Made by a program: the position numbers and the translations under genes. The notes beneath the pieces are model-generated. The model made no database searches. It saw only the letters and a program-made list of their open reading frames with translations, and was not told the origin of the DNA. Shown here piece after piece: positions 19,872 through 29,817 of a DNA stretch of 64,000 nt. This DNA comes from Elusimicrobiota bacterium. GTDB lineage: Bacteria > Elusimicrobiota > Elusimicrobia > Elusimicrobiales > UBA9959. Location of the stretch: positions 18,794 to 82,793 of the forward strand of contig JAINCQ010000021.1 of the NCBI GenBank assembly GCA_036574205.1. The letters are read 5' to 3'. Numbering within the stretch: position 1 is the first letter of the stretch; every line of letters starts with the position of its first letter.

Positions 19872-22493
19872 ATGATAAATAAAATTGTGGAAATATTCTT
19901 TGGAACAAAAAGCGAGAGAGACATTAAGAAAATAATGCCTTTACTTGAACAAATAAACTTGTTGGAACAGGATTATTCTAAATTAAGCGATCAAGAACTT
20001 AAATCAAAAACAAATGAATTTAAAAAAATGCTTCAAGAGGGAAAAACTTTTGATGATATATTGCCATTTGCTTTTGCGGCTGTGAGAGAAGCTTCAAAAA
20101 GAACTATTGGTTTAAGGCATTTTGATGTGCAGATAATTGGTGGAATAGTGCTTCATCAAGGCAAGATAGCAGAAATGAAAACTGGTGAAGGAAAAACCCT
20201 TGTTGCTACTCTTCCTGCTTATCTTAATGCTCTTGGCGGCAAGGGAGTTCATATAGTTACTGTAAATGATTATCTTGCTAAAAGGGATAGAAACTGGATG
20301 GGGCCTATTCACGAATTTTTAGGATTAAGTGTTGGTTTTATTACGCATGATATGGACAATGAAGAGCGTAAAAAAATGTATGAATGCGATATCACATATG
20401 TAACAAATAATGAATTAGGCTTTGATTATTTAAGAGATAATATGGTGATGGATAAGGGAGAAAGGGTTTTGAGGGGACTTAATTATGCTATTATAGACGA
20501 GGTGGATTCAATTTTAATAGATGAGGCGAGAACCCCGCTTATTATATCAGGTCCTTCCGAGCAATCAACTGACAAGTATTATATAGTAGACAGGATAATA
20601 CCTTTTTTAAAAATAAAATTTATAACCGAGAAAGAAGAGTTTATAGCTAAAAAAGATGGGCTTGATTTAGGTAAAGGATTTGATGCTATAATAGATGAAA
20701 AAAACCATAGTGTTATGCTTACCGAAGAGGGGGTTTTGAAAGCGGAGAGGCTCTTAAAGGTTGATAATATATATAATGATATAAACGCTGAGTGGGCTCA
20801 TCATATTAATCAAGCTATCAGGGCTCATTATCTTTTTAAGAAGGATGTTCATTATGTGGTCAAAGATGGCGAAATTGTGATAGTGGATGAGTTTACTGGA
20901 AGGCTTATGCCTGGAAGAAGATGGTCCGACGGTCTTCATCAGGCTATAGAAGCAAAGGAGCATCTGGCTATAAAAGAGGAAAACCAGACGCTTGCCACCA
21001 TAACATTTCAGAATTTTTTCAAGTTATTTAATAAGATATCTGGTATGACAGGTACGGCAATGACAGAGGCTCAAGAATTCTGGGAGATATACAAACTGGA
21101 TGTCGTTGAAATACCACCTAATAAAAAATGTATCAGGTATGATTATCCTGATAAAGTTTATAGAACTGAAAGAGAGAAATTTAACGCAATAGTAAACGAA
21201 ATTGAAGAAAGATGGAAGAAAGGGCAACCTCTCCTTGTGGGTACAAGGTCTATTGAAAAATCCGAGGCTCTGTCGGCTCTGCTCAAGAAAAAAGGTATAC
21301 CTCATCAGGTTTTAAATGCAAAGTATCATGAGATGGAAGCCCAGATAATTGCACAGGCTGGAAGAAAAGGAACTGTTACTATAGCAACAAATATGGCTGG
21401 ACGTGGAACAGATATAATTTTGGGCGGCAATCCGCCAGATCCGGAAAATCAAAAGTATGTTATTGATGTTGGCGGATTATGCGTTATTGGAACTGAAAGA
21501 CATGAATCAAGGAGAATAGATAATCAGTTAAGGGGTAGATGCGCAAGACAGGGGGATCCGGGAATGTCGGTGTTTTATGTTTCACTTGAAGATGAGTTGA
21601 TGAGACTTTTTGGATCTGATAGGATATCTGCGATAATGGAAAGACTTGGAATGAAGGAAGGTGAGGTTATAGAATCAAAAATCATAACCAGACAAATAGA
21701 GGGTGCTCAAAGAAGAGTTGAGGCGATGAACTTTGATATTAGAAAACAGGTGCTTGATTATGATAATGTAATGAACAAACAAAGGCAGGCGATATATGAG
21801 TTAAGGGATATGGTTCTTGAAAGTGATGATATATCGGATAGGGTAATTAAGATGATAGAGGAGATGATAGAAGCAAAGATTTCAGAGTATATTGATGAAA
21901 AAATGCATCCATCAACCTGGAATATTGAAAACTTAAATATTCAGCTTAAAAGAAGCTTTGGTTTTATAATAGAAAACGAGAATCTTGATTACAATAGTTT
22001 AAAAAGTGAAATAATTGAACGCGTAAAACAACTTTATGTAAAACGTGAGGAAGATTTTAAAGAAAGAGGTGTTAATTTCAAAGAGCTTGAAAGAATTCTT
22101 CTTTTACAGATAATAGACCATAACTGGAAGAATCATCTTTATGAGCTGGATCATTTAAGAAAAGGGGTTGTTTTAAGAGCTTATGGTCAGAAGGATCCTT
22201 TAATAGAATATCAAAAGGAATCTTATGGGCTTTTTGAAAGGATGCTTGATAGAATAAGAGATAATATGGTTGAATACCTTTTTAAAATACAATTGCCGCC
22301 AAGAATAATAAGACCGGTTATTTCAAAGCAGAAAGAAAACAATGAGCAAAACAAAAACGAGCAGGGTCAAAGTTTGCCTAAAAAAGAATTAACTCAACCT
22401 CAGGCGGCAACAAAAATAAAGGTTGGCAGGAATGATCCCTGTCCCTGCGGAAGCGGGAAAAAATACAAAAAATGTTGTGGAAAGGATAAATAG
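19872..22493 (+). CDS. secA: Preprotein translocase subunit SecA
   Basis: EMKTGEGKT, DEVDSILIDEARTP, ATNMAGRGTDI, SEC-C motif CPCGSGKKYKKCC. Confidence 0.98.
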   Translation: MINKIVEIFFGTKSERDIKKIMPLLEQINLLEQDYSKLSDQELKSKTNEFKKMLQEGKTFDDILPFAFAAVREASKRTIGLRHFDVQIIGGIVLHQGKIAEMKTGEGKTLVATLPAYLNALGGKGVHIVTVNDYLAKRDRNWMGPIHEFLGLSVGFITHDMDNEERKKMYECDITYVTNNELGFDYLRDNMVMDKGERVLRGLNYAIIDEVDSILIDEARTPLIISGPSEQSTDKYYIVDRIIPFLKIKFITEKEEFIAKKDGLDLGKGFDAIIDEKNHSVMLTEEGVLKAERLLKVDNIYNDINAEWAHHINQAIRAHYLFKKDVHYVVKDGEIVIVDEFTGRLMPGRRWSDGLHQAIEAKEHLAIKEENQTLATITFQNFFKLFNKISGMTGTAMTEAQEFWEIYKLDVVEIPPNKKCIRYDYPDKVYRTEREKFNAIVNEIEERWKKGQPLLVGTRSIEKSEALSALLKKKGIPHQVLNAKYHEMEAQIIAQAGRKGTVTIATNMAGRGTDIILGGNPPDPENQKYVIDVGGLCVIGTERHESRRIDNQLRGRCARQGDPGMSVFYVSLEDELMRLFGSDRISAIMERLGMKEGEVIESKIITRQIEGAQRRVEAMNFDIRKQVLDYDNVMNKQRQAIYELRDMVLESDDISDRVIKMIEEMIEAKISEYIDEKMHPSTWNIENLNIQLKRSFGFIIENENLDYNSLKSEIIERVKQLYVKREEDFKERGVNFKELERILLLQIIDHNWKNHLYELDHLRKGVVLRAYGQKDPLIEYQKESYGLFERMLDRIRDNMVEYLFKIQLPPRIIRPVISKQKENNEQNKNEQGQSLPKKELTQPQAATKIKVGRNDPCPCGSGKKYKKCCGKDK

Positions 22494-22549
22494 AAATTGT
22501 TAAAATTTTTGTAACATTAATTTAACCGATAAAAATATAAAATATATAT

Positions 22550-23659
22550 ATGAGACTAACTGTTAAATGGACATTATGGTTTCTTTCTATTGGTGTTTAT
22601 GTAATGGCTCTTGGTGGGGTTTTTTATTATAACCTTTTTAAATGGACCTTTGATGAAAAATTAAAAGCTGATATAATAGATACAGTAAAGGTTTATGCCC
22701 CAACAATGAGAGAGGGGCTTTTGAAGAATCCAAAAGCGATAACATTTGAGGAATTCAATCTGATGTCTGAAACCCTATCCAAAGACGAGAGGATAGCTTC
22801 TATAATATATCTTAATAGAACTGGCGTAATAAGATGGCATAGGGAGGCAAGGTTTATAGGAAAGACATGGGATGAGTATATTTCTCAGGTTCCTCCACTT
22901 ACAGACGCAATATCTCAGGCTATGCTTTCTAAAATTCCTAAAGTAAAGCCAGTTCCAAAGCAATCATATTATGAGATAGCAATTCCTCTTCTGGTTAATA
23001 ATGAAATAGTGGGGATAGTCCTTTTGCTTGCTTCAAAAGCAACATCCGATGCTCTGGTATCTTCGGCAATGGGTAAATATGTGGTAGGAGCTATTGGGGT
23101 TTTAGTTTTACTTGGTATCCCTTTTTATTTTTTCTTTTATCATTATATAATAAACCCGCTTTCAAGCCTTGCTGAGGCTGTTGAGGCATCATCTTTTAAA
23201 ACATTTGAATTGAGGTTTAATATAAAAAATGATGAGATAGGAATGGTTGCTGAAAGTGTCAATAATTTACTGAAGAAATTTAAAAACGAAATAGAAAACT
23301 ATTCAAAGAAAGACAAATATTTCAGGGATATAGAGGAAAAGTGGTGGAAAACAATATTGAAAACAATAGTCCCTTTAAATGAATATGTGATAGTGGTTGA
23401 TGAAAATAACAATGTTTTATATGCTAATTTTGAGTTAAAAAACTCAGAAAGCGGTTCTGTGCATCTTCTCGATGTGGTTGATAGCCAGCAGCAAAATCTT
23501 TTAAGACTTGTGGGACAGGCATTTGATTCACCCGGCGAGGTTGTTGAAGGAGAAACAATTTTTAAAGGGCAGAATCTTTCAGTCAAGGTTGTTCATATAG
23601 GAGATACTCCTGATTTAAATAGAACTCTGATTCTATTTCATCCCAAAAAAGTTTATTGA
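22550..23659 (+). CDS. Membrane sensor-like protein (TM-periplasmic domain-TM-HAMP-PAS-like) with no output domain
   Basis: Two TMs, HAMP-like INPLSSL...DEIGMVAESVN, PAS-like VIVVDENNNVLYAN; no H-box or GGDEF. Confidence 0.6.
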   Translation: MRLTVKWTLWFLSIGVYVMALGGVFYYNLFKWTFDEKLKADIIDTVKVYAPTMREGLLKNPKAITFEEFNLMSETLSKDERIASIIYLNRTGVIRWHREARFIGKTWDEYISQVPPLTDAISQAMLSKIPKVKPVPKQSYYEIAIPLLVNNEIVGIVLLLASKATSDALVSSAMGKYVVGAIGVLVLLGIPFYFFFYHYIINPLSSLAEAVEASSFKTFELRFNIKNDEIGMVAESVNNLLKKFKNEIENYSKKDKYFRDIEEKWWKTILKTIVPLNEYVIVVDENNNVLYANFELKNSESGSVHLLDVVDSQQQNLLRLVGQAFDSPGEVVEGETIFKGQNLSVKVVHIGDTPDLNRTLILFHPKKVY

Positions 23660-23718
23660 CAATTCTTTTAAATATTCAGGCGACCAAAATAATTTTTAAT
23701 TTTTTGTAGAATATAGGT

Positions 23719-24252
23719 ATGCTTATAGACCTTCTTAAAGCAAGAAGAAGTATAAGAAAATTTAAATCCTCGCCGGTAGAAGAAAGTAAAATCAAATATA
23801 TAATTGAATGTGGAAGAATTTCACCTTCCGCCTGCAATTTGCAGCCGTATCGCTTTATTGTCTTATCCGGTGGTTTTAAAAAGCGGTTTGATGAAGCAGT
23901 TTTTAGCGGAATATATTCTGTATGTTCTTTTGTAAAAAAAGCTCCATTGTCAATAGTTATAGTTCGGCTGAAACCGGGGTTTAAAACAAAAATAGGTTCT
24001 AAACTGCAAGATACGGATTTTTCTTTGATAGATATTGGAATAGCGGGGGAACATATGATTATGGCAGCATGCGAATTGGGGCTTGGTAGTTTATGGGTTG
24101 GATGGTTTGATAAAAAGAAAGCGTTTGATCTACTTTCTCTTAATAGAGGAGAAACAGCCGAGGTTATGATAGTTATAGGTGAAAAAGATGAAGATCCTTA
24201 TGAAAGAAAGAAAAAAAATTTTGATGAGATTGTCATTTTTAAAAACGAATAA
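23719..24252 (+). CDS. Nitroreductase family protein
   Basis: RRSIRKF, SPSACNLQP, LGLGSLWVG. Confidence 0.9.
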   Translation: MLIDLLKARRSIRKFKSSPVEESKIKYIIECGRISPSACNLQPYRFIVLSGGFKKRFDEAVFSGIYSVCSFVKKAPLSIVIVRLKPGFKTKIGSKLQDTDFSLIDIGIAGEHMIMAACELGLGSLWVGWFDKKKAFDLLSLNRGETAEVMIVIGEKDEDPYERKKKNFDEIVIFKNE

Positions 24253-24261
24253 AGAAAATTA

Positions 24262-25533
24262 ATGCTTCTTATTAAAAATTCAATTATTATAGATCCACTT
24301 TCTAAAACTCAAAAAAAAGCAGATATTTTAATAGATAATGGGATAATCAGAAGAATATCATATTCAATAACTATAAAAAGGGCTAAAGTAATAGATGCGC
24401 GGGGAATGTGGTGCATCCCCGGTATTATTGATATGCATGTTCATACAAGGGTTCCCGGGAAAGAGTACGCAGAGGATTTTTCTTCTGTTACAAAAGCGGC
24501 TTTAAGTGGAGGAGTTGGGAGTATTGTAGTTATGCCAAACACAAAACCTCCTCTGGATAATGCTGATATAATAAAGAAATTTTTGGTCAGATCCCAAAAA
24601 TTCCCTTTGAAATTTTATTTTACATCTGCAATAACGAGAGGGAGAAAAGGTTGTGTTTTGACTGATATAAAAAATATTTCAAGATATGTTGTAGCTTTTA
24701 CAGATGATGGTAGTTGGGTAGAAAAAAGTTTTTTAATGGAAGAAGCTTTAGTGCTTGCAAAAAAATATGGTAGAAAAGTTTTTTCTCATTGTGAGTGGCC
24801 TTATATTCGGGGAGCAGTAAATGAAGGAATTGTGTCAAATATTTTAGGCATACCGCCAATCCCACCATGGCTTGAATATAGCGCTGTATGGAGAGATGTT
24901 TCTATTTCTGTTTTGTTAAAAGTTCCAATTCACATCCAACATGTAAGTCTTAAAGAATCGCTTGATATAATAGAAGAAGGGAAAAAATTAAATCATCAAA
25001 TCACTGTTGAAACCTGTCCGCATTATTTCTTTTTTACTGAAAAAGATGTGTTAAAAGGTGGTGCAAATTTTAAAATGAATCCACCGCTAAGAAAAGAGTC
25101 TGACAGAAAGTCTATTATATCTGCAATAAAAAATGACCTGATTGATGTTATAGCTACTGATCATGCTCCTCATTCTCAGCTTGAAAAAGAAAAAGGGCTT
25201 ATTAAAGCACCTTTTGGAGTTATAGGACTTGAAACTCTTATTGCTTCTTCAATAACCATGCTTTATCATAAAAATAAAATTTCTCCATTAAAGTTTATAG
25301 ATAAATTAACTTTAAATCCAGCCAGAATTTTGGGACTTAAAAAAACTGGGGTGTTAAAAGAAGGATATTTCGCTGATATCTCGCTTATTGATCCGAATAA
25401 AGAATGGGTGGTTGAAAATTTTTATTCCAAATCAAAAAATTCACCTTTTTGCGGTAAGAAATTGATCGGGAAAAATATTATGACAATAATTAAGGGAAAG
25501 ATTGTTTATGAAAATGGCAGATTTTTTATATAA
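24262..25533 (+). CDS. pyrC: Dihydroorotase
   Basis: DMHVH.R.PG, MPNT.P, KMNPPLR, ATDHAPH; adjacent to pyrD. Confidence 0.9.
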   Translation: MLLIKNSIIIDPLSKTQKKADILIDNGIIRRISYSITIKRAKVIDARGMWCIPGIIDMHVHTRVPGKEYAEDFSSVTKAALSGGVGSIVVMPNTKPPLDNADIIKKFLVRSQKFPLKFYFTSAITRGRKGCVLTDIKNISRYVVAFTDDGSWVEKSFLMEEALVLAKKYGRKVFSHCEWPYIRGAVNEGIVSNILGIPPIPPWLEYSAVWRDVSISVLLKVPIHIQHVSLKESLDIIEEGKKLNHQITVETCPHYFFFTEKDVLKGGANFKMNPPLRKESDRKSIISAIKNDLIDVIATDHAPHSQLEKEKGLIKAPFGVIGLETLIASSITMLYHKNKISPLKFIDKLTLNPARILGLKKTGVLKEGYFADISLIDPNKEWVVENFYSKSKNSPFCGKKLIGKNIMTIIKGKIVYENGRFFI

Positions 25534-26506
25534 AAAAATCGTAAGAAATATTTTATTTAAACTGGATCCTGAGTTTGTCCATAATCTGGCTATTTCTAAA
25601 TTTAAGTTAGTCTCACATTTTGATTTGATAAAAAAAATCATGTTTAAAAATTTAGAATCTTATCAACCTGTAAAACTTTTTGGGATTGAGTTTAAAAACC
25701 CCATTGGACTTGCTGCTGGATTTGATAAAAACGCTGAAGTATATGATGTGATAGAAGCGCTTGGATTTGGTTTTCTGGAAGTTGGGAGTGTTACCTTACA
25801 TCCTCAAAGCGGAAATCCAAAACCCCGGCTTTTTCGTGAAGTTGATGAGGAAGCAATAATAAATCATATGGGACTTAACAATTGTGGCGCGGTTCAAATG
25901 AAAAAAAACATAGAGAAAAAAGGAAAACCCAACATCCCCCTTGGAATAAATATCGCAAAAAACAATGATTGTAGCTTTGATGAAGCTGATGAAAATATCA
26001 GTGAATCTCTTAATATATTAAAGGATGTCGGCGATTTTTTTGTATTTAATATAAGCTGTCCTAATGTTAGAACTTTTTGTGGTGATTATAATGATTATAT
26101 TAGAAAGATAATAGAAAGCGCTAAAAAGAAAGAAGATAAAAAGAAGTTTTTTATAAAAATATCACCGGATTTATCTGATGATGATATATATAAAGTTGTA
26201 AAAATATGTGAGGAATATGACTGCGGAGTTGTTGCCGCAAACACAACAAAAAAAAGAAGCATTTTAAAAACCAGAAAATTTGATGAAATGGATGGGGGGG
26301 TAAGTGGAAAGCCTATCGGAAAACTTTCTGAAGAAGTTCTTAGAAAAGTGAAGGAATTATCAAAAAATATATGCGTTATTTCAAGTGGAGGAATTTTTAG
26401 CGCAGATGATATAGATCGGAGGAGAAAACTTGGAGCTAATTTATTTGAAATTTATACTTCTTTTATATATGAAGGACCTGGTATAATAAAAAACCTGCTC
26501 GGATAA
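25508..26506 (+). CDS. pyrD: Quinone-dependent dihydroorotate dehydrogenase
   Basis: LDPE..H, NPIGLAAGFDKN, GNPKPRLFR, NISCPN, KISPD. Confidence 0.92.
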   Translation: MKMADFLYKKIVRNILFKLDPEFVHNLAISKFKLVSHFDLIKKIMFKNLESYQPVKLFGIEFKNPIGLAAGFDKNAEVYDVIEALGFGFLEVGSVTLHPQSGNPKPRLFREVDEEAIINHMGLNNCGAVQMKKNIEKKGKPNIPLGINIAKNNDCSFDEADENISESLNILKDVGDFFVFNISCPNVRTFCGDYNDYIRKIIESAKKKEDKKKFFIKISPDLSDDDIYKVVKICEEYDCGVVAANTTKKRSILKTRKFDEMDGGVSGKPIGKLSEEVLRKVKELSKNICVISSGGIFSADDIDRRRKLGANLFEIYTSFIYEGPGIIKNLLG

Positions 26507-26612
26507 TAATAAAATCTATTTTATGGTTTTTTTTTATATTGTATAATTATTTATAGAAAATGTTTGTATAAAGCGGTAAGATCTTAGGTCTTTTCGCGTA
26601 TCTGGAGGTATT

Positions 26613-27131
26613 ATGAAGATAAGCATAGTCGCAAGAAAAATAAAACTTACATCTGCCATAAAAAATTTTATAGAGCAGAAGGTTGAGAATGCTCTTGGGT
26701 ATATACATAATATCGTATGGGTTAGCATGGTAGTCGGCGTTGACAAAAAACAACATTTTGCCGAGATAGTAGCTCATATCGGTCATCAGACAATAAAAGC
26801 AACTGGTATATCAGATGACCTTTATTCAGCGGTTGATAGTGTGCTTGATAAAATAGAAAAACAGGCAAAAAAATACAAAGAAAAAATTGTAGATTCAAGA
26901 AAAAATGCCACTGATATAGCTTATACCCCACCAATTAACACTTTTGATGTAAGATTTTCTATTGTTAAAAATGTTCCTATAAAGCCTATGTCAAAAGAGG
27001 AAGCTGTTGTTGAAATGGAAAAGTTGGGTTATAATTTCTGGTTGTTTTTAGATAAAGAAACAAATCAAACACAGGTTGTTTTTAAAAGACTTGATAGTAC
27101 ATATGGTATATTGCTTCCAGTAAAAAAATAA
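26613..27131 (+). CDS. hpf: Long-form ribosome hibernation promoting factor (HPF/RaiA)
   Basis: DLYSAVD..LDKIEKQ..KYKEK; C-terminal KPMSKEEAVVEME.LGYNF. Confidence 0.9.
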   Translation: MKISIVARKIKLTSAIKNFIEQKVENALGYIHNIVWVSMVVGVDKKQHFAEIVAHIGHQTIKATGISDDLYSAVDSVLDKIEKQAKKYKEKIVDSRKNATDIAYTPPINTFDVRFSIVKNVPIKPMSKEEAVVEMEKLGYNFWLFLDKETNQTQVVFKRLDSTYGILLPVKK

Positions 27132-27135
27132 ATTG

Positions 27136-28086
27136 ATGAATAATAAATATATCACGGTTAAAGATCTTTTGAAAGAGAAGTCAAAGGATTTTAAGTTAAA
27201 ACTTATTGTCGGAAGAAATTATCTTGATAGGAAAATAACAGTTAGTGAGGTTAACAGGCCTGGTCTTGCTCTTGCCGGGTTTATTGAACAGTTTGGGTCC
27301 GAGAGAATTCAGGTAATAGGAAGGGGAGAATCATCTTATTGTAATTCCGTTTCATATAATAAGATATTAAAGAATTTAAATAGAATGTTTGAGAAAAAAG
27401 ATGTTCCCTGTGTTGTTATAACCGGTGGGATAAAACCCGCAAAAGCTATTATTGAAGCAGCAAAGAAAAATAATGTTCCTCTTATAACAACATATCTTGA
27501 TTCCGCTGATTTTGTCAGGGAGCTTGTTATGTATCTTGATGATAAACTTGCTCCTTCTATAACCCTGCACGGTGTACTTGTAAATGTATATGGACTTGGT
27601 GTGCTTATACAGGGAGATGCCGGGATAGGAAAATCTGAATGCGCAATAGAGCTTTTAAAAAGAGGTCATATACTTGTAAGCGATGATGTGGTTGAAATAA
27701 AAAGGCGGATGGGACAGATACTTGTTGGAACATCTCCAAAAACGATTAAGAATTTTATGGAGGTTAGAGGAATAGGAATCCTTGATGTGGAAATGTTATT
27801 TGGTGTCGGCGCGATACTTCCAAGCTCAATTATAGAGCTTGTTATATGTCTGAAATCGGCATTTGGACTTGATCTAAGTAAATATGATAGAACGGGAATC
27901 ACTGAAAAAACTACAGAGATACTTAATGTAGTTTTACCCAAGCTTGATATCCCTGTTACGCCTGGAAGAAATCTTGCGGTTTTGATAGAGATAGCATCAT
28001 TAAACCAGCGTCTTAAAAACACCGGATATTTTGCAGCTAGAAAATTAAACGATTTAATTATGAATGAGATGAAGAAAAGAAAATGA
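27136..28086 (+). CDS. hprK: HPr(Ser) kinase/phosphorylase
   Basis: RPGLALAG, GDAGIGKSECA.EL..RGH..VSDD, EVRGIGI, PGRNLA. Confidence 0.95.
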   Translation: MNNKYITVKDLLKEKSKDFKLKLIVGRNYLDRKITVSEVNRPGLALAGFIEQFGSERIQVIGRGESSYCNSVSYNKILKNLNRMFEKKDVPCVVITGGIKPAKAIIEAAKKNNVPLITTYLDSADFVRELVMYLDDKLAPSITLHGVLVNVYGLGVLIQGDAGIGKSECAIELLKRGHILVSDDVVEIKRRMGQILVGTSPKTIKNFMEVRGIGILDVEMLFGVGAILPSSIIELVICLKSAFGLDLSKYDRTGITEKTTEILNVVLPKLDIPVTPGRNLAVLIEIASLNQRLKNTGYFAARKLNDLIMNEMKKRK

Positions 28087-28934
28087 AACATAGTATTTTC
28101 ATAGTTACAGGGACAAGTGGTGCTGGAAAAAGCCAGGCGCTTAAATGCTTTGAAGATTTTGGTTTTCATTGTATAGACAATATACCAGCAAAACTTCTTC
28201 CTCATCTTGCGGAGTTGATAAAAAAAGAGGATTATCTTAAAAAAGTTGCACTTGGAATAGACATAAGAGAAGCGAAATTTTCTATAGATTTTGATAGATT
28301 TCTTTCCTTTTTTTCGAAATTTAAACTTAAATATAAAATTCTTTTTTTTGATTGTGATGACCGTGTTCTTTATCAAAGATTTTCTGAAACAAGACACAGA
28401 CATCCACTTGGAGAAAATCTTGTGCTTGCAATTAAAAAAGAGAGGAAAATACTTTTTGAGCTCAGAGAGAAAGCGGATAAAATAATAGATACTACTAAAC
28501 TTACTTTAGGGGAATTGAAAGAAACTCTTTCATCTTTTGTGATGCTAAAAAAAGTTTCTGATTTTAAAATAAATATAGTTTCATTTGGCTATAAGTATGG
28601 GATACCACTTGACGCAGATATAGTTATGGATGTAAGGTTTTTACCAAATCCGTTTTATATAAAACGGCTGAGGGCAAAAACAGGGCTTGACAATGCCGTA
28701 AGGGATTATTTGAGCGGTAATCCTGTTTATAAAAAATTTATGAATGAATGGTTTAGCCAGATTAAAAAATTAATACCGCTTTATATTAAAGAGGGTAAAT
28801 CTTATTTAACTATTGCAGTGGGTTGCACTGGTGGAAAACATAGAAGCGTTGCAGTAGTGGAAGAGATGTCTTCTAAACTTCGTAACGCAGGCTATGATGT
28901 TGGTGAGTTTCATAGAGATATGAGGAAACAATGA
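28083..28934 (+). CDS. rapZ: RNase adapter RapZ/YvcJ
   Basis: GTSGAGKS, SFGYKYG, DVRFLPNP, GCTGGKHRSV. Confidence 0.95.
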   Translation: MKHSIFIVTGTSGAGKSQALKCFEDFGFHCIDNIPAKLLPHLAELIKKEDYLKKVALGIDIREAKFSIDFDRFLSFFSKFKLKYKILFFDCDDRVLYQRFSETRHRHPLGENLVLAIKKERKILFELREKADKIIDTTKLTLGELKETLSSFVMLKKVSDFKINIVSFGYKYGIPLDADIVMDVRFLPNPFYIKRLRAKTGLDNAVRDYLSGNPVYKKFMNEWFSQIKKLIPLYIKEGKSYLTIAVGCTGGKHRSVAVVEEMSSKLRNAGYDVGEFHRDMRKQ

Positions 28935-29362
28935 CAGGTATAATAGTGGTTACACATAGTGATTTTGGAGCTTATCTTCTTGAGGCATGCGAACATGTAG
29001 TAGGGGTAAAAGAGGGAGTTGTCTCTGTTTCAATAAATTCAAGAATGTCAATAGACGAGGCGCATGCAAGTGTTAAAAAAGCTACTGATGATCTCAGAAA
29101 GGTTACTGACAGTATAGTTTTTTTTGTTGACATTCCCGGGGGGACCCCGATGAATGTTGTTTTGCCCTTTGCAAAGGAAATTGGCAAAGCCGCTGTTATA
29201 TGCGGGATCAATATGCCGATGTTGATAACTGCACTAAATCTTAAAGACAAAATGGATTTTGATTCACTTATTGAGAAGATAATGATTGATGGAAGAAGAG
29301 CAATATGCGAAGTAAAATCTATCCTTACACGTGATATCCGAGAAGACTTAAATAAGTTATGA
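28931..29362 (+). CDS. PTS mannose/fructose/sorbose-family EIIA
   Basis: IIVVTH, DIPGGTP.N, GINMPML. Confidence 0.9.
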   Translation: MTGIIVVTHSDFGAYLLEACEHVVGVKEGVVSVSINSRMSIDEAHASVKKATDDLRKVTDSIVFFVDIPGGTPMNVVLPFAKEIGKAAVICGINMPMLITALNLKDKMDFDSLIEKIMIDGRRAICEVKSILTRDIREDLNKL

Positions 29363-29817
29363 TTATATTCAGAGTTGATGATAGATTGGTTCATGGGCAG
29401 GTTGTTGAGGGTTGGCTTGGAACTTTCAATATTAAGGGTCTGGTTATAGCAAATGATGAAGTATTTAAAGATGAGGCAATAAAAAGCATAATGAGATTTT
29501 CTACACCAAAAAGTGTTGAATTGATTTTTTCTCAAGTAAGTTTGCTTAAAGAAGTATCTTTTAACCCGGATGAAAATTATATGGTTCTTTTTAGATCACT
29601 TGAGGATGTAATAAAAGCTATTGAAAATGGTGTTAAGATAGATAGACTTAATCTTGGTGGAATACATTACGCAAAAGGCAGGAATTTCAGTTTTGGAAGA
29701 GCGCTTTTTTTGAGTGAAGAAGAGAAGAAAATATTAAATAAAATTATCTCTATGGGGGTGGAAATCTATATGCAGGCTATCCCCCAGGAAAAGATGGTAA
29801 AACTTGAAAATTTATGA
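29359..29817 (+). CDS. PTS mannose/fructose/sorbose-family EIIB
   Basis: RVDDRLVHGQV, LNLGG. Confidence 0.9.
   Translation: MIIFRVDDRLVHGQVVEGWLGTFNIKGLVIANDEVFKDEAIKSIMRFSTPKSVELIFSQVSLLKEVSFNPDENYMVLFRSLEDVIKAIENGVKIDRLNLGGIHYAKGRNFSFGRALFLSEEEKKILNKIISMGVEIYMQAIPQEKMVKLENL

Noticed and set aside
27666..29535. Longer antisense ORFs (245 aa at 27666-28403, 187 aa at 28972-29535) and the many 60-130 aa shadow ORFs in the track
   Set aside because: They lie opposite or within well-supported genes and show no recognisable motifs or start signals
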